Shown here: piece after piece, positions 48,855 to 62,804 of the stretch | Layout of the letters: the number at the start of each line of letters is the position of its first letter | Position numbering within the stretch: the stretch's first letter is position 1 | Source of the DNA: Lepidodermella squamata | Taxonomy: Eukaryota > Animalia > Gastrotricha | Length of the DNA: 64,000 nucleotides | Assembly: GCA_047495785.1 (NCBI GenBank) | Contig: JBLDXI010000017.1 | Location: forward strand, 2,728,001-2,792,000 | Direction: 5' to 3' | Notes under the pieces: model-generated | The model's input: only the letters and a program-made list of their open reading frames with translations | Database searches by the model: none | What the model was told of the DNA's origin: nothing | Translations under genes and position numbers: made by a program

Positions 48855-51800
48855 TAAAACTTAACGACCTAAATAAAAAAGTAAAGAATAACATTGCACA
48901 TTGCACATTACACAGAGAACAGTTTTAAGAAGCTTGATTTACTGAAGACTAGCTTTATTTAATATTTACATGGATCAACGGCTAATGGCTAAGGTATCAA
49001 CGTACAAAAACTGCTTTAAACTGAGTTTAAAAACTGAAAAATCTGCATACTTGATCGAGTAGCAGAGCTGTTAGTGGTGTTCATATCTCACTATGCTCAC
49101 TGCTCTGGCATCTTGAAGCATGAAGTCTTTTTCTTCACTGTGTCAGCCATTCAGCCATTCACGCATGAGTCATGATGGTCGTTAAAACTACCCTATACGT
49201 TTTAAATCGCGTGCAATACTGTAACCCCTGATTTCGCCCATAATTTTTTACTTAAATATGTTGTCATTTCTTTATTTTGGAATATTTTATGAATTTGGTA
49301 TAAAAACTGATGGTATAATTTTAAACATTGTTGAAAATCAAATTGCAATAGACTGACCGCGAATTTGTTCTAGTTTTCATTTTTTTCATCATCAGGACAG
49401 AAAAATGTCCTCATTTACCTGCTAATTTTCATTGCCGATTCCCGGTTGGCCATGAAAAAATGCTGAAAACCTTTGTTGAATATCTTCAGCGAATGGCGTT
49501 TGCTTAAATTCTTTCGCTGTGCATCACAGATCACAGTCCGTTCTTAATTTTCCAAGTTTTTGGTAGAGAGCCTTTGTTGGTAACTTCCATCTAATCGAAA
49601 GCGCCACTTGAGTAGTGATAAATATTGACTAGGTATTAGTTCAGTTGCAGTGTGTCACTGCTGTATCAAAATCAATAGCCGATGTCTTCCATCGTAGAGG
49701 TTTAGACTCTTGCTTTGAACGGATTGTGATTTTATAAGTTGTAATTCCCTACTGAACACTTCTTGTCGCTTGAAAACTGTATCAAAAGCTGTTATTCATA
49801 TACATCGCTTATAACGCAGCCTGTGATGCTATTGCTTCGAGAAGAGATCGCGGATGGTGGTAATAACTATAAGCTATATGACCGCTGCAGAGTGAAAAGT
49901 GTGTCTTATCGCACTTTCAATCATTTTGGGTAACGCGAAAAGCGAGTCCGGATGTCAACCAAAACCATTTATGCAGTTTGAGTCGTAGATTCCAAATTTC
50001 ATTGGACCTACGGATCTACCACAAACTTGTATATTTGTCTTTAAAGCATCAATATTCGATTTGTTCCGAAATTTTCTACACATTGTTTACGATGGATATC
50101 ATCCACATTGGGCATCAGGAATCCGGAAGCCATAGGTCCTGGAATGCCTGGAACTAACAAGTACCAATCTTCAAGGTAATTAAGTGCTCAAATTTAAATT
50201 TGGATCAGAACTTAAACAAATTTGTTGCGCCGCTATTCTTGATTGCAATTGAAATTTGAATGCTGGCGTAATTTGAATGCTCCTCCCACTTCGAACGGTA
50301 TACAATTTATTGAAATTGGGCTAAGAAATCCTGAGATAATGACGTTTAAAACTTCGGCAAATTATTTTTGTTGCGCGCAAATTGAAATTATTAATTTCAA
50401 GTTTTTCTCAAAATTGTCTCTTATATCAAAATTATATACGCGATATCTCCTTCATTCTGAGGTATTGTTTTCAAAAGGTCATCACCAATAGACTCGGGAT
50501 GTCATGGTCAACAACCCTATGATCTCATCTCGAAATAAGAAAAAATTAATGTAGTCAGACTGCTACGAGCAGAAAGTAGGAGCGGAGATCGGTGGAGGGA
50601 TGGGAATGAGAATACCAACTTGCCTAGGGCTGTGAACTTGTAAAAAATTGAGGATTTTTACACGCTAATGTTTTTTTCATTATAGCCTGTCGCCTCTCGT
50701 TCAGATTGAGTAAACGTATTAATCTGTGCAAGGGCATCTTTTTAGCGAATGGCCGATTTTTAAATCGTAATTAATTTCTGCTTGTAAAAGATTTGCGAAT
50801 GGATGAATCGAGCTACGACACGTGACCAGGGCAACCTTAATGTGAGAGAGATTAAGACCGATTAACACCGATGGTACATTTTATGGTGGATGGTTACTAA
50901 ATGATAAATTCGAAAATTCGGATGATATATAAGGAATACTTTAGATTTTGTTTTTGTTTTTCTTTTGTAGGTTGATTGTCGCCTGTATGTGCTGCATTGA
51001 TCGTGTCACGTAAAATGTGTTTGTTGAACTGCATTGCGCTGCATTGAACTGTATTTGTTGAAAATGTAAAACACATAATCCACATAATCCACATTAAAGT
51101 GTGGTTACTTTTTGTAAGCACGTGGCTATATGCTATGTACCACCTTTACTTATCGAATTAGAGCTAATCATTGAACAATCTCACGGATTTCAAGATTGTC
51201 CCTATTGACATTTGTATTAGTATCCATGTTAGAACAACATATCGCTTTCACCTGAAACCAGAACGCCTGGCGTTTGAGCGATTTCTGCAGCTCTAATAAT
51301 AATAACGAATGTTTGATATCAGGAGCACAAGCAGCGGCTAACAGATGCGCACCAGATTTTGAAAGCCGTACTCATTTTTGCTGTATATCTATGCTTTATA
51401 TAGTATTACATTACCCGTCTACGGTTTTTTCTCGTTGTGTATACCTGTTCATGGTTAAATAAAAGTACACCGCTTATGGCTTCTTATATCTTATCACACC
51501 CCTTAATTTTACCTGGAAACACTAACGGAGAACTCGAAATGTGATCAAATGCATCCTCTTCTATACAAAATTAAATTGTGGCTTTTAAGCAATAGGAGTC
51601 TCATTTAGGTACCTTGTATTAGACTCGCGGCTTCGAGCTTCAGGTTAGCTGGAGCACAATTTTGTTTGAATATGAGCAAACAGTCGCGGGCATCTGCACC
51701 TAGCCATTTCATATTGTCTTGAGAAGGCTTGCAGTTGTTATTTGTTTGTAACTTAGCGGCATGATATGCATCTGCGTAAAGGTTAGAAGTTCGCGTTTCC

Positions 51801-52523
51801 AGTCACACAGTACCCTCTTTCTTTTTAACTAGGATAGTTTGTGTCTGTCGCAATAGACAACAAAGGATTAACATGGCTTGGGCATCACTTTCTTTTTAGT
51901 ATGTCACGCGGAGCAATTGTTATTATGCCTCTTACTTTATTCACCGTGAAATGTCCCAATTGTTTTCTTCATGTCTGTGTATTAGGAACACTCTGCGGCT
52001 GTAAAGCTCTTAATAATTTCAGGGAGTGTCAAGTTCTGTGAGTTATTGTTATACAATCTAGTACTAAATATATCGTAAATTACGGCAATTTTATGGAACA
52101 TGCTTGTATCCCAAGTGTCCTTCACATGAACGTGTCTAGTACTCGCATTTTCTTGTGTCTCGTATCGATCGATTGCACCCTCCGCTAATTCTCGCAGAGC
52201 AAAAGTATAGCTTTACATTACGCACGCGGAACACGAGACGCAGCGCGAAAAGGCGTAACTTGCTTTCAGCAATATTGGAAAGCCTACTTGAATGAAATCG
52301 AGGTAGCCGTCTCTAGAGAGTATGCTCGCTTTAAGCCAGGAGTAATTTCCCTATGATTCAGTTGCAACAGGCGACATTTTACCCTGTTAAGATGTTGGCG
52401 TTGTGTTTAATTAGCCTCAAACGTGCGTTGTTCTAGATTGGATTATTACTTTAATGTTTTACTAGATGCTTAGTTTTATGACTGTAAAATGTCCTCGAAT
52501 TGGCTAACAATTCAAATTTCATC

Positions 52524-55500
52524 ATGAGCTCTTCAGTGGAGAGTGATCAAATTATATCGGTTGACGCCCCGATGTCAGTGGACGAAGGCTCGAATGAAGG
52601 TTCGGTGTCGATGGCGGCTTCGCAAGACGTCCCGGAGTCACCGGCACCGTCCACATCCGGTACGCAAAAACTCGCCTGCCAAGTTTGCAACGAGTGTTCG
52701 CCCAGCATGCGACCCGGTTCTCTGGCCTGCGAGGCGTGTAAAAAATTCTTCATGCGTAACTACGACGTTACGAAAAAATTCCAGTGCGACAACGGCGGAA
52801 AATGCCTCCAGGTCGGCTCGGCTGTTAATCGGCGCTCGTGCCAAGCCTGCCGGATGGAACGTTGCATGGCCCTCGGCCTCAGCGAGAAGGTCCGTCCGCC
52901 GAAACCGGCAATCGATCTTCGCTTTGTGCCGTGCGCAGTTTGCGGCGCCTCATCAACCGGTTACCATTTCGGAATTTTATCCTGCGAAGGTTGTAAAGGC
53001 TTTTTCCGCCGAACGGTGAAGTACGACCTGGCAAAAAATTTCACCTGTGATACCGGTGGCAAATGTGTTATTGATCCGCTGCGGCAAAAGTGCAAAAAGT
53101 GCCGGTTTGAACGGTGCCTCTCTGCCGGCATGTCGCCAACCGGTTCTCACATCGGCCGGCATACAAATGCTCAGAGAGCCGAGACAAAACGCGAGATCGA
53201 ACGGCTGCAAAACGAGCAAAAGCTATTAAAAGCGCCGATTATGGTCCGGCAACTGAAGCGAGGAGCTGCGGCGGCTGCGTTATCAGGTGGCTCCCAGCAG
53301 AGCCAGGCTGAAGTTTCAACTAAAGCGGAAGCTGCTTCACCCGATAATGAGGTAGCTTCGCCTAATCTGAAACGGAGGCCTCGATCGAGACACAGCTCGG
53401 GTGGGTCTAATTTTCCGACCCCTGCAACCGGCGGGGAGCGGATAACCCCACCGGCTGAAAAATCGCAGGCCCAGCCGAGTCAAGCTCATGATTTTGAAAC
53501 TATGGCAGAAGTATTCGCCACTGCAGCGGCCGCGGGGAAGTCAGACTCCCCTCGTTTCGAGGTAGACGAGGCTACCTTCGCCGCCGCCCAGTCGCTGATG
53601 TCGATTTTCGGCTCCAGCCCATCGGCAGCCTCGTCGTCTTCATGTGTGCCTGATAGTACCGTGAAAAGCCCGTTCCAGCCGCCACAAAGTGTTGAGGCAA
53701 CAACGCCCACCGAGTCTTCCGTATGCAATTTATCGGGCATTTCGAGTTTCTTAGCGCGGCTTAACGCCCAGGCGGCTAATTTGGCCTCACCCCCGACCGC
53801 CCTACACTCACCGTCGACATCATCCACGATCGACCTATGTGTTCCCAGTGCAAGTGCAAATATTCCATGCAACTCGTCGAATGTGAACAACACGGCGGCT
53901 GTATTTGCTGCCGATTACAAAATCCCTGGCTTTACCACCGATGACAATTCTCGCGCTGCCGTGCTTCGGCGGATTCGCATGCCGGTATCTAGATCTAATC
54001 TAATTTGGCTATACGATTCCGGCAGGGAGTGGTTCAACATTCAGAACATTTTGAACCCTGCGGCACCATCGGCGCCTTCGCATTTACAATCGCCTCTAGG
54101 TGCCGCCACCTCGACTTTTCTGCAGCAACTGCGGCCTTTTGGTGACCCTTACTCGCTATCGACGTTTTTCAAAATGCTAGAAGGCGATAATCTCCTACCC
54201 GAGCCGCCCCTGTCTGTTTTCCCTCGCAGCGAATGGCTGCTCGCCCAAGTCACCAATGCTGTTCGCAATTTATCTCATATAAAAAATGTAAGGAATTTTT
54301 CTAAATATGTTATTTGGTTAGCGCTAGGTATTTCAGCTTCCCATTATTTTGAATTTTTCCTGTTGGCAATTACAGAAAATTTGAGAATTTATTCATATTT
54401 TGGTCGTTAACCATCAATTTGAGCCAGGCTGCTAGTAACCCAACAAAGCGGACAGATGAGTTTGGTCATTTAAAGCAGGCAGTCGTTACTCGGGTGATAA
54501 TGAAGGTGCTTCACGAACATGCGTGTGAATAGATACTCTACAATTCCTATTAGAATAAAAATTATTACAAAATTTTACAGTGAACTGAAGAGTGCGCTAT
54601 TATAATTTGACTGCTTTCGTGCGCTATGACATCGAGTTACGAGTCGTTGACATTAACCCAATAAAAACGCTTTGCACTTGCTATGTGAGATACAATGGGG
54701 AAGTTCGAATGAGGAAATACTTGGGAGGGGGTCTGGCCAGTCTCTAGATATCTAAATATAATAACTATCTATATGAAATATATTAAGGTTGAAATAAAGA
54801 CGCAACGACTTCGATAAAATAACGTGAATTTTATGTTTTAAAGCTCCGAATTCATTTTGACCCTGGATGGAGCGCAGAAGAGTGTTGGCGGCAGGGCATG
54901 GTCTGCTTTGAGCACCACACCCGATACGTGCTTGCTTTCGTGCGATCTCTGCCAGGTACAACTTTTTGTCAACCGCTGTTAGCTATTTTTCAATCGTTTT
55001 TTTTTCATTCAAAAACAGGATACGCCGCGTTATCAAGTGCTGATCGGACGACACTATTCACGAATGCGTTGTTCCCGATTGTTGTTGCCCAGCTCAGTCT
55101 CGACTACGACGAGCATGAGCGTGAGGAAAACTACCTATCGATGGACCATATCGGCCGCGAACTGATGACGCTGCACTTTCCGCCTATGGCCCAGCTTCGG
55201 CGGCACTTGGCTGATGCCGGTGTTGGCATAAAATCATCCAAGCTGAACGTCGTCGAATTCGGTTTAATAGCTGCCTTGGTTTTCTTCAATAGTGGTACGT
55301 TTTAGTTTTATTTTTTAATTTTGAAACATTTTAAGGTGGAATTTTTCAATTTAGAACTACCCACACTACACGATTCCGAGAAAGTGCGTCACATCCAAGA
55401 AGAATTTCGGACAGCAGCGTCGATTTTCATCTCTCGGACGTACTCGAATGGTTCGCGCGGAAATTTGGCCCTGACCACCACGCCGACTTCGCCGCTTTCT

Positions 55501-55695
55501 TCGTCGCCATCCGCTAACGAGCGAATGAGGCTGATGTCGTCTCACGTCAGTTACCTGTCGAGTTTACACCTGACCCACTCGGGGGTGATGGCCGATTTCG
55601 CGCGCCTCTTCCCTCATCTCGTCAACTTCAACCCACTACATTTGGAGATGTACATAGCCAATGCGCCGCCGCTCGATTTGCCCAGCCAGCATTGA
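52524..55695 (+). CDS. Nuclear receptor with two tandem DNA-binding domains (2DBD-NR) and an LBD
   Basis: DBD1 is CQVC-X13-CEACKKFF. DBD2 is CAVC...HFGILSCEGCKGFFRR. The LBD signature is FVRSLPG|YAALSSADRTTL. Confidence 0.92.
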
Positions 55696-56428
55696 CTGAA
55701 TGGACACTGATCGTTTTATCCCTATCACGTTTTTTTCGTGTTCCTCGCTATCTGTACTTTTCTCTTGATCGGTTTCTGCGCGCAAGCCTTGCGTTTAGAA
55801 ACCGAAATTAACAAAAAACAGTTTCGATTCGCCGTTACCGGTTCCGTTGTGGTTAACACTGTTGACTCACTTCTAAAAATTCTATATTTCTGAAATCGGT
55901 ATTACTGCGGTCTATCAAGAGTTTCATTTCAATACTTGCCGGCGTAATCTGACGCATACTGTGACTTTACTTCATCTTCAAATGGAATACATATTTTTTG
56001 TGAATTTTGTTATGCCATTCGGTGTATGTTGAAGCGAATTCAATCGTTAACCAAATTACGTTAATAGTAATAAGACAAACGATATATCATTGTGCACTGT
56101 TTTATTCAAAGCGCTCGTATTTTTCTTCAAATACGTTGACATGAATATGCTCGACCATAAATACTGGCGTCTGAACATTTGAAAAGTTGTCGTTGACGCT
56201 TCATCTTTTAATTAAACATCCTTCTTATCATTATCTCATTAAAAAAGCGTGTAAAAGTACTTATTGTGAAAAATTCTCCTGCAAATTATGTTTCCCTCTC
56301 AGATTGAAAACGAGTGAACATGGTTGGAAAAATGAGTGAAGTTATAAACAAGGCTATATTATATATTTCTTTAATAAAATCACTGAAGAACTTTTCAAAC
56401 AAATACTCTGGTTGTTTTGAACGATTAA

Positions 56429-57928
56429 TTACATAGCCTTGAAGAATACAACCGGTAGCAAAGCTACAACTGACAAGAATACGACCATGCAGAAATTGTC
56501 GATTCTGTTCGCCCAAGTTAGCCAGGTTTCAACAACATTACCCTGTTCCCTTTCAGCTTTGTCATCAACCGGTGGTGAAATTTGCGGCAGTTCGACTCCG
56601 TCGTCGTCCTCGCTGCCCGTCTGGTTTATTGATCGGCGTTGTTCCGCTTCTATAGATTTGTTCCTGCTGGCACTTCCTCGCCTTGAAATTGCAGTCGGAA
56701 GTGTGCCATTATTCTGTTTTTTCGCATTACCCCTACAGCGAACCAGATTGAAAGCAGCAGTAAATCTGCATAATATAGAATAAACTAATTTCAGAGTCGT
56801 TGTTTATTCGAATTTTATTTACCCGAGTGGCTTGCAGGTGAGACGCGAGATCCGCCAAACAATAATCGATTCAAAGGTAATGAGAATTCCGACTAGCAGC
56901 TGCGCTGTCGTGTACATTTCAAGGGGCAGTGGCGGCGAGGGGTCCCCAGATGTGGGCATTTTATGCGTGCTCGGGCTGAATGAGTGAGATGACTGAAAAA
57001 TATCCACTATCAGGACAGTCGTTATCCCAAACATGACTCGACTCGCGCCGAACGGCATGGCGAAAGTGCCTAGCTGTAGTAGGGCCATCGTCGTACTAGG
57101 CAGGAGTATTCGCCGCATGTAATAGTCAGATTTCCTGCGAACAGTCACAGTATAAACTGCCATTGAGTACGTCGCTTGATCTGTCACCATTGATTTTTCA
57201 GCGCATTCGATTGTTTCAACATTCCACATCGGGTTGTTACCGAAAGAGTGACTAATAATCGATTTGTTCCCGTTACACCGGCTATCGACACGCAGGCTGA
57301 TGCGCGACCGTTTCAGCCTTAGTGTCTTGAAAACAAAATCACATTTTTGCACGTCGAAAGGGAAGTTGAATAGTTCCTAAAATTATCGGACGGAATATTC
57401 AGCGAAATTGAAACTATTTTTTGTTACCATTTTACAAGATGTATCAAAAATTCCATTTGCTGTAACTGTGACGTTACCTTCGAAATCGGTCCACGCAATG
57501 ATGGCTTGTTGACGGTTCGAAGAACTAGGTCCTGAGGTTCCTATCTCGTAAACTGGCGGTCTGTCTCCAGTTGCTCCTAAGGGGATTATTTTCGGCAGGT
57601 AAATGGATTGAGAGCTCAGTGGGACAGCATCGATTCCGTCGTAAAGCATAGGTTCCCACTGTAGATAAACGTCTTTCCACCTGCCAACGACGCTGCCGGT
57701 CATGTGCATCACCCCACCCTGTTCATCAATACCTAGTAACTCGCTGAACGTCATGGAAAGGGTAATGTTCATTCGCTCGCTCGAGTTATAGACTGGCCGA
57801 GCAATTCCGTGACCGGGTGGGTAGTTACGGATCAAGTCATCGATCAAGCGCGCCTCACTGTTGATTGGTCGCTGAGATGCTGATACAGAATTTAAAATCG
57901 TCAGATATGCCAGCAGCAAGATTTCCAT
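56429..57928 (-). CDS. Divergent Cys-loop ligand-gated ion channel subunit (nAChR-like), 3 exons
   Basis: Signal peptide; LIRNY...RPV; WKDVYLQWEP; Cys-loop CKM|ELFNFPFDVQKC; VRRKSDYY then M1-M3; WANRIDNFC then M4. Confidence 0.88.
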
Positions 57929-58498
57929 TGCATATTATATGCCCATAGACTATGGCAATCAGTTGCCACACAAGTGCAATTTATTTTTTTTACAACAAAA
58001 GCGACGTGCACTTAGGGCAAAAAAACCAAAAATGAAATTGGCTTTTGATAAAAAATTCAAGTGATTTATCAGCATTGTTGAATAAAAAATGCCATCATAG
58101 AAAATTCAGATAACCGTATAATGGAATAATGAAAGCTATATACACATGATGTGGGAAGGGCGTACTGCATGCAGACAGCTGCGAGGCAATTGATTTTATC
58201 GAGGAAAGCAACCTAGATCAGCGTTCGCTGGCGCGTGATGCGCTGTTTCTTATCAACTCGAGATAATATCCTCGACTATTAAAGACTTTTGACCGCGTGA
58301 AATTGGATGCTGTACCTACATCCTATATCAGTCGATTGAATCCTCTCTTTTAAGATTCCCGAAACATGAGCGCACCTGATGTACACTGCAGAGTGATGCC
58401 AAACAGAGATTATAGGAAATTATAGGAAATTTATTTGCAGGGTTGTAAAAAATAAGGTTCACCGGTTATTTTAAAATAAGAAAATTGTTATAATGTGT

Positions 58499-61400
58499 TC
58501 AATGTTGACTGCTTTGGGCTTGTTGCAAGCCGTAGTAGATGCCTCCGAGGGCCATCAATTCAGCATGGGTGCCTTGCTCAGCAACGCGGCCATGTTCCAA
58601 CACGAGAATTTTATCAGCGTTTTGAATTGTCGAAAGTCTATGCGCGATCGTCAAACTTGTTCGACCCATTGAGGCGGCATCGAGCGCTTCCTGTACGATC
58701 CTCTCACTTTCAGTGTCCAAAGCCGAAGTAGCTTCGTCAAGTAGCAAAATCGCTGGATTTCTCACTAAAGCCCTGTTAACATAATAAAAATTTAAAATCC
58801 AGCTTAATTTTCTGACAGATTCTCTTGCCTCGCGATGGCAATACGTTGCTTCTGGCCGCCACTGAGCTGAGCCCCACGTTCACCCACTGCTGTATCTAAG
58901 CCACTGGGAAGTTTTTCGAGAAAACCGACCACATTCGCTTGCCTGCACGCTTTCGCAATTTGATCTGGAGTTGGCTTGTCCGCAGGCGTCTTCGATCCAT
59001 ATGCAATATTTTCGCCAACACTGAGCGCGAAAAGACTCGGCTCCTGAGACACGAGGCCGATGTTGCTACGAACTAGACGAATGTTCGATTTCTTGATATC
59101 AACACCGTCAATCAAAATAGATCCGGCTTCTGGGTCGTAGAGACGCTGCACGAGTTGCATGATGGTCGACTTTCCTCCACCACTAGGCCCGCATAGCGCA
59201 ACTCGTTGACCGGGTTCAACAGTGAAGGACAGGCCTTTAAGAACCTGAATACCAGGGCGAGTCGGGTAGCGGAATTCGACGTCTTTAAATTCGATACGGC
59301 CCATGAATGGCTTGGATAGGAGAGCTTTCCTATTTTCCAAGTCAACAGCGGCAATAGATTCGCCAGTTTCCGGATTCTCCTTGTCGATTTGAGTTTCATA
59401 GTTGATAATATTCAACAACTTTCTAGCCGACTTTCGCGCCTTATCTTCGTCTGGTATGCCTTGGTTTTGCCTACCGATCGCAAGTCCGCAGAATGTGATG
59501 AGGGTGTAGATTTTGAAGACATCGAGGAATGTAGTCTCATTGCGTTCCATCAAATACGATCCGAGGCTAAAGGTGATCGCGCCTGCCCAAATGATGGATG
59601 AAAAGGTGAAGCTGACAAGGGGTGCCGCGGCAATGCCTTTCTTGATACCAGTCTTTTTGACGACTTGGTACTCGTTCGAAAAGCGTTCAAGAAAGAACGG
59701 CTCGGCAACCAATGCCATTACGGTGCGCTTAAAAAAATTAAGAAAAAATTAAAAAATTAATGTAAAGCGGAAAACTCGCTCACCATGTTGCTAATCGCAT
59801 CCATTGCTGAGGCAGCGGTATGTTTCGGTCCTCCAGTAGCCTGAGAGCCTTGAACGATGAGCTTCTCGAAAAGGATGGCGGATACGATGCTGAGAGGCAT
59901 GAGGCCAATAAGAGCCAGTGAGACTCGCCATTCGATTATAAGCGAATAAATAACTGAAGCTGCCACAATGACAAACGATGTCAAATTCGTGTTAATACGT
60001 ATTCCAGATATCTGTTGAAAAAATGACATCATATATAGGAATATATGGGTATTGAAAAACTTTACCCCTTGAATGTCGAGGCAATCGGTTGCAAGAATCG
60101 TAGTTAAGGCTGACGGTTGATTTTCTTGTCTATCCATCCACGCAGAATCCATGCGAAGAATTTTGCCCAAGATACGGCATCGCATACGCTCGGTTAAGCT
60201 TTCGCCGATAACCGCGAAAAGCCAGTACTCAACTGCCTTTTGGATCGCATTGAAAACTCCGAGGCCAACGACCAATGAGCATGTCGAACCGGTCATTGTT
60301 ATTACCAGGGCAGAATGAACCCATGAACTCGGCTAGGACAATAGAAAATGCAGGCTGAATGCCACCGCCGGCAATGGCGACAATTATACCAACAGCAAAG
60401 TATCCCAGCTCAGGACGACCCCAATTGAAAATCACGTGGCGAGCCAGGGCGAAATTTCCCAGCTCCTTGGTTTCGCCGGATTTCGTTTTCGATTCTTGAT
60501 CATCATCACCGTTTTCGAGCTCAATTTGATTTTTGGCGGGCGCACCACGTGACGAAGCTCGGGTTGATTTTCGGTTCGACTTTCTATTGCTCTTACGGTT
60601 GTCTACTTCAGAGTGTTTCATCTTGCCAAGTTCCTCCTCAAATTCATTGATGACCACGTGATCGGTATCAACAGCTCCGTCTTCATCGTCATTTTCTTCG
60701 TCGTCTTTGACACCCTGCTGGCTTTTGACCAATCGATAGTACAAACCATCCTCGTTTTGAACCAATGTCGCATGATTGCCTAGCTCAGCGACTACGCCGC
60801 CGTCAATTACTGCGATAAGATCGGCATTCTGAATCGTTGACAACCGATGAGCGATAACCAGGGTGGTTCGCCCGACCCTAGCCTTATCGAGAGCTTCTTG
60901 AACGATCTTTTCGCTAGCTGTATCCAAAGCGCTGGTTGCCTCGTCAAGGACCAAAATTTTCGGGTTGGAAACGAGAGCTCGAGCAATGGCAATACGCTGT
61001 TTCTGACCACCGGAAAGTTGAGCCCCGCGTTCACCGACCATTGTGTCGTAGCCATTCGGCAACATGGATATAAAGTTATGAGCATTAGCCAACTTTGCCG
61101 CTTCAATGATTTGTTCATCCGAAACAGTCTCCTGATCAATCGCGCCCATTCGAATGTTGTCGCGAAGCGTCAAATTGAAGAGAACGGGCTCTTGGCTGAC
61201 CAAACCGATTTGCCGACGTAGCCAGCGAAGGTTCAGCTCCTTGATATCAGTACCATCGAGTGTCACCTTTCCGCCTGTCGCTTCGTAGAATCGCATCAGC
61301 ATTTGAACTGTTGTTGATTTTCCGCAACCTGATGGCCCGACCAATGCCACCGTTTTCCCGCGCTCAACTTTCAGGTTCAGCGCTTTCAGGATCTGCTTGT

Positions 61401-62804
61401 CAGGGCGAGATGGGTAGGAGAATGCTACATTTTCGAACGAAATATTTCCAGTAACGCTTGAAGGCTTACGACCACTGTCAGAGAAGTTGTCGATTTCTGA
61501 ACCTTCGTCAATAATCGACAGGACATCTCCTGCCGCGGCGACGGCCTGGCCGATGATTTGGAAAGTTGGGGATGCGTTGGCCATACCCATTGCCCCCATC
61601 ATCATTGAAATGATAATTTGCATGATACTTCCTCCAGCTTGCGCTACCTCAGGACTGAGAAAAAATGTACAGTATGAAGGGCTGTTTCAAATACTAGAGA
61701 AATCTTACCGATTTCCCCACCACAAAGCCAAACCAGCCATAGAATTGAGAATTAGAGACATGAGGCCTTGTGGGATTCCACTGGACAATGTTTTGATAAT
61801 GCCCATGCGGCGAGATTGAGCCAAATGACCCTTGTAGCGATTAACCTCGTATTCTTGGCGGTTGAACGCCAAAACAGTTCTCACACTTGTAATCACTTCA
61901 TTCGCTATTGCTCCAGCGTCCGAATAGGCCAGCGATTGCTTCGCTGCATAGGTTCGAACCAGCTTGATCATGATGAAAGCCGTCAGAAACATAAGCGGAA
62001 CCAGCGAGAAAATGACGATTGAAACTTTCCAATCCGTGACGAAGGCTAAAATAAAACCACTGATGCTGGTGCCCAGCCAAGCCAAAGCCATTGAAATGTT
62101 GCTCGACATGCCTTCCTCCAATTTACGAACTTGCCTAAAAGAGGAAGTGAGGTTTAAAACAGGTCCTATCAGTTTTTGGAATAAACTTACTCGAACAACA
62201 CGTTGTTCAAAGAGCCAACTCGGTGATTATCGAACCAAGCTGTATTTTTGCTGAGAATAGACCGGAATAATGCCGTTCGAAGGCGATGCGTTTGGCGTTG
62301 GCATGCGACAGTCCATAATGTGTTGTGGATTATGCCCGCAAGGTACATGCCAGCTGCGATCAATGCGTACCAACCACACAATGGGCCAACAACGTCGATC
62401 AGTGACTTAGCTCCAGTTACCAGAGATGGATCGTATCGGTTGAGGGCTGGATCGGTTGCATTTGCGAGAACGCTACTTTCATTTGATGAGTTTGTCTTGA
62501 AGGCCTTCCAGCACGGCGAATATGTGATCATCGCGTTCAATATTCTGCCGTAGTAAATTAGAGAGGCTGGCAGAGCAGCGCCCTGGCCGAGAGCGAATAG
62601 CGAACCAATTATCATCATGGCAGCATCCCAAAAGTCCGCATATCGCAGAATTTGAAAATAGGAATATTGCGGAGTCGCCTTAGCATCCTTCTCCGCTGAG
62701 GTAGATTCCTCGGAGGATTTTCGATCGACGCCATTCTTAACAACCTTGTCATAAGGTGGCGGCTCGACGGAAGAACTACTCGGCGTGTCGCTGTTGGGAG
62801 GCAT
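58499..62804 (-). CDS. ABCB1: ABCB1/MDR P-glycoprotein (full transporter) with an apparent frameshift near 60270
   Basis: Two TMD-NBD halves; Walker A GPSGCGKS and GPSGGGKS; [13 protein letters not shown] twice; LDEATSALD twice. Confidence 0.93.

Noticed and set aside
48900-52450. Short ORFs between RBM19 and the nuclear receptor
   Set aside because: AT-rich with no coding signal; probable promoter or UTR introns and TE relics whose ends I could not define.
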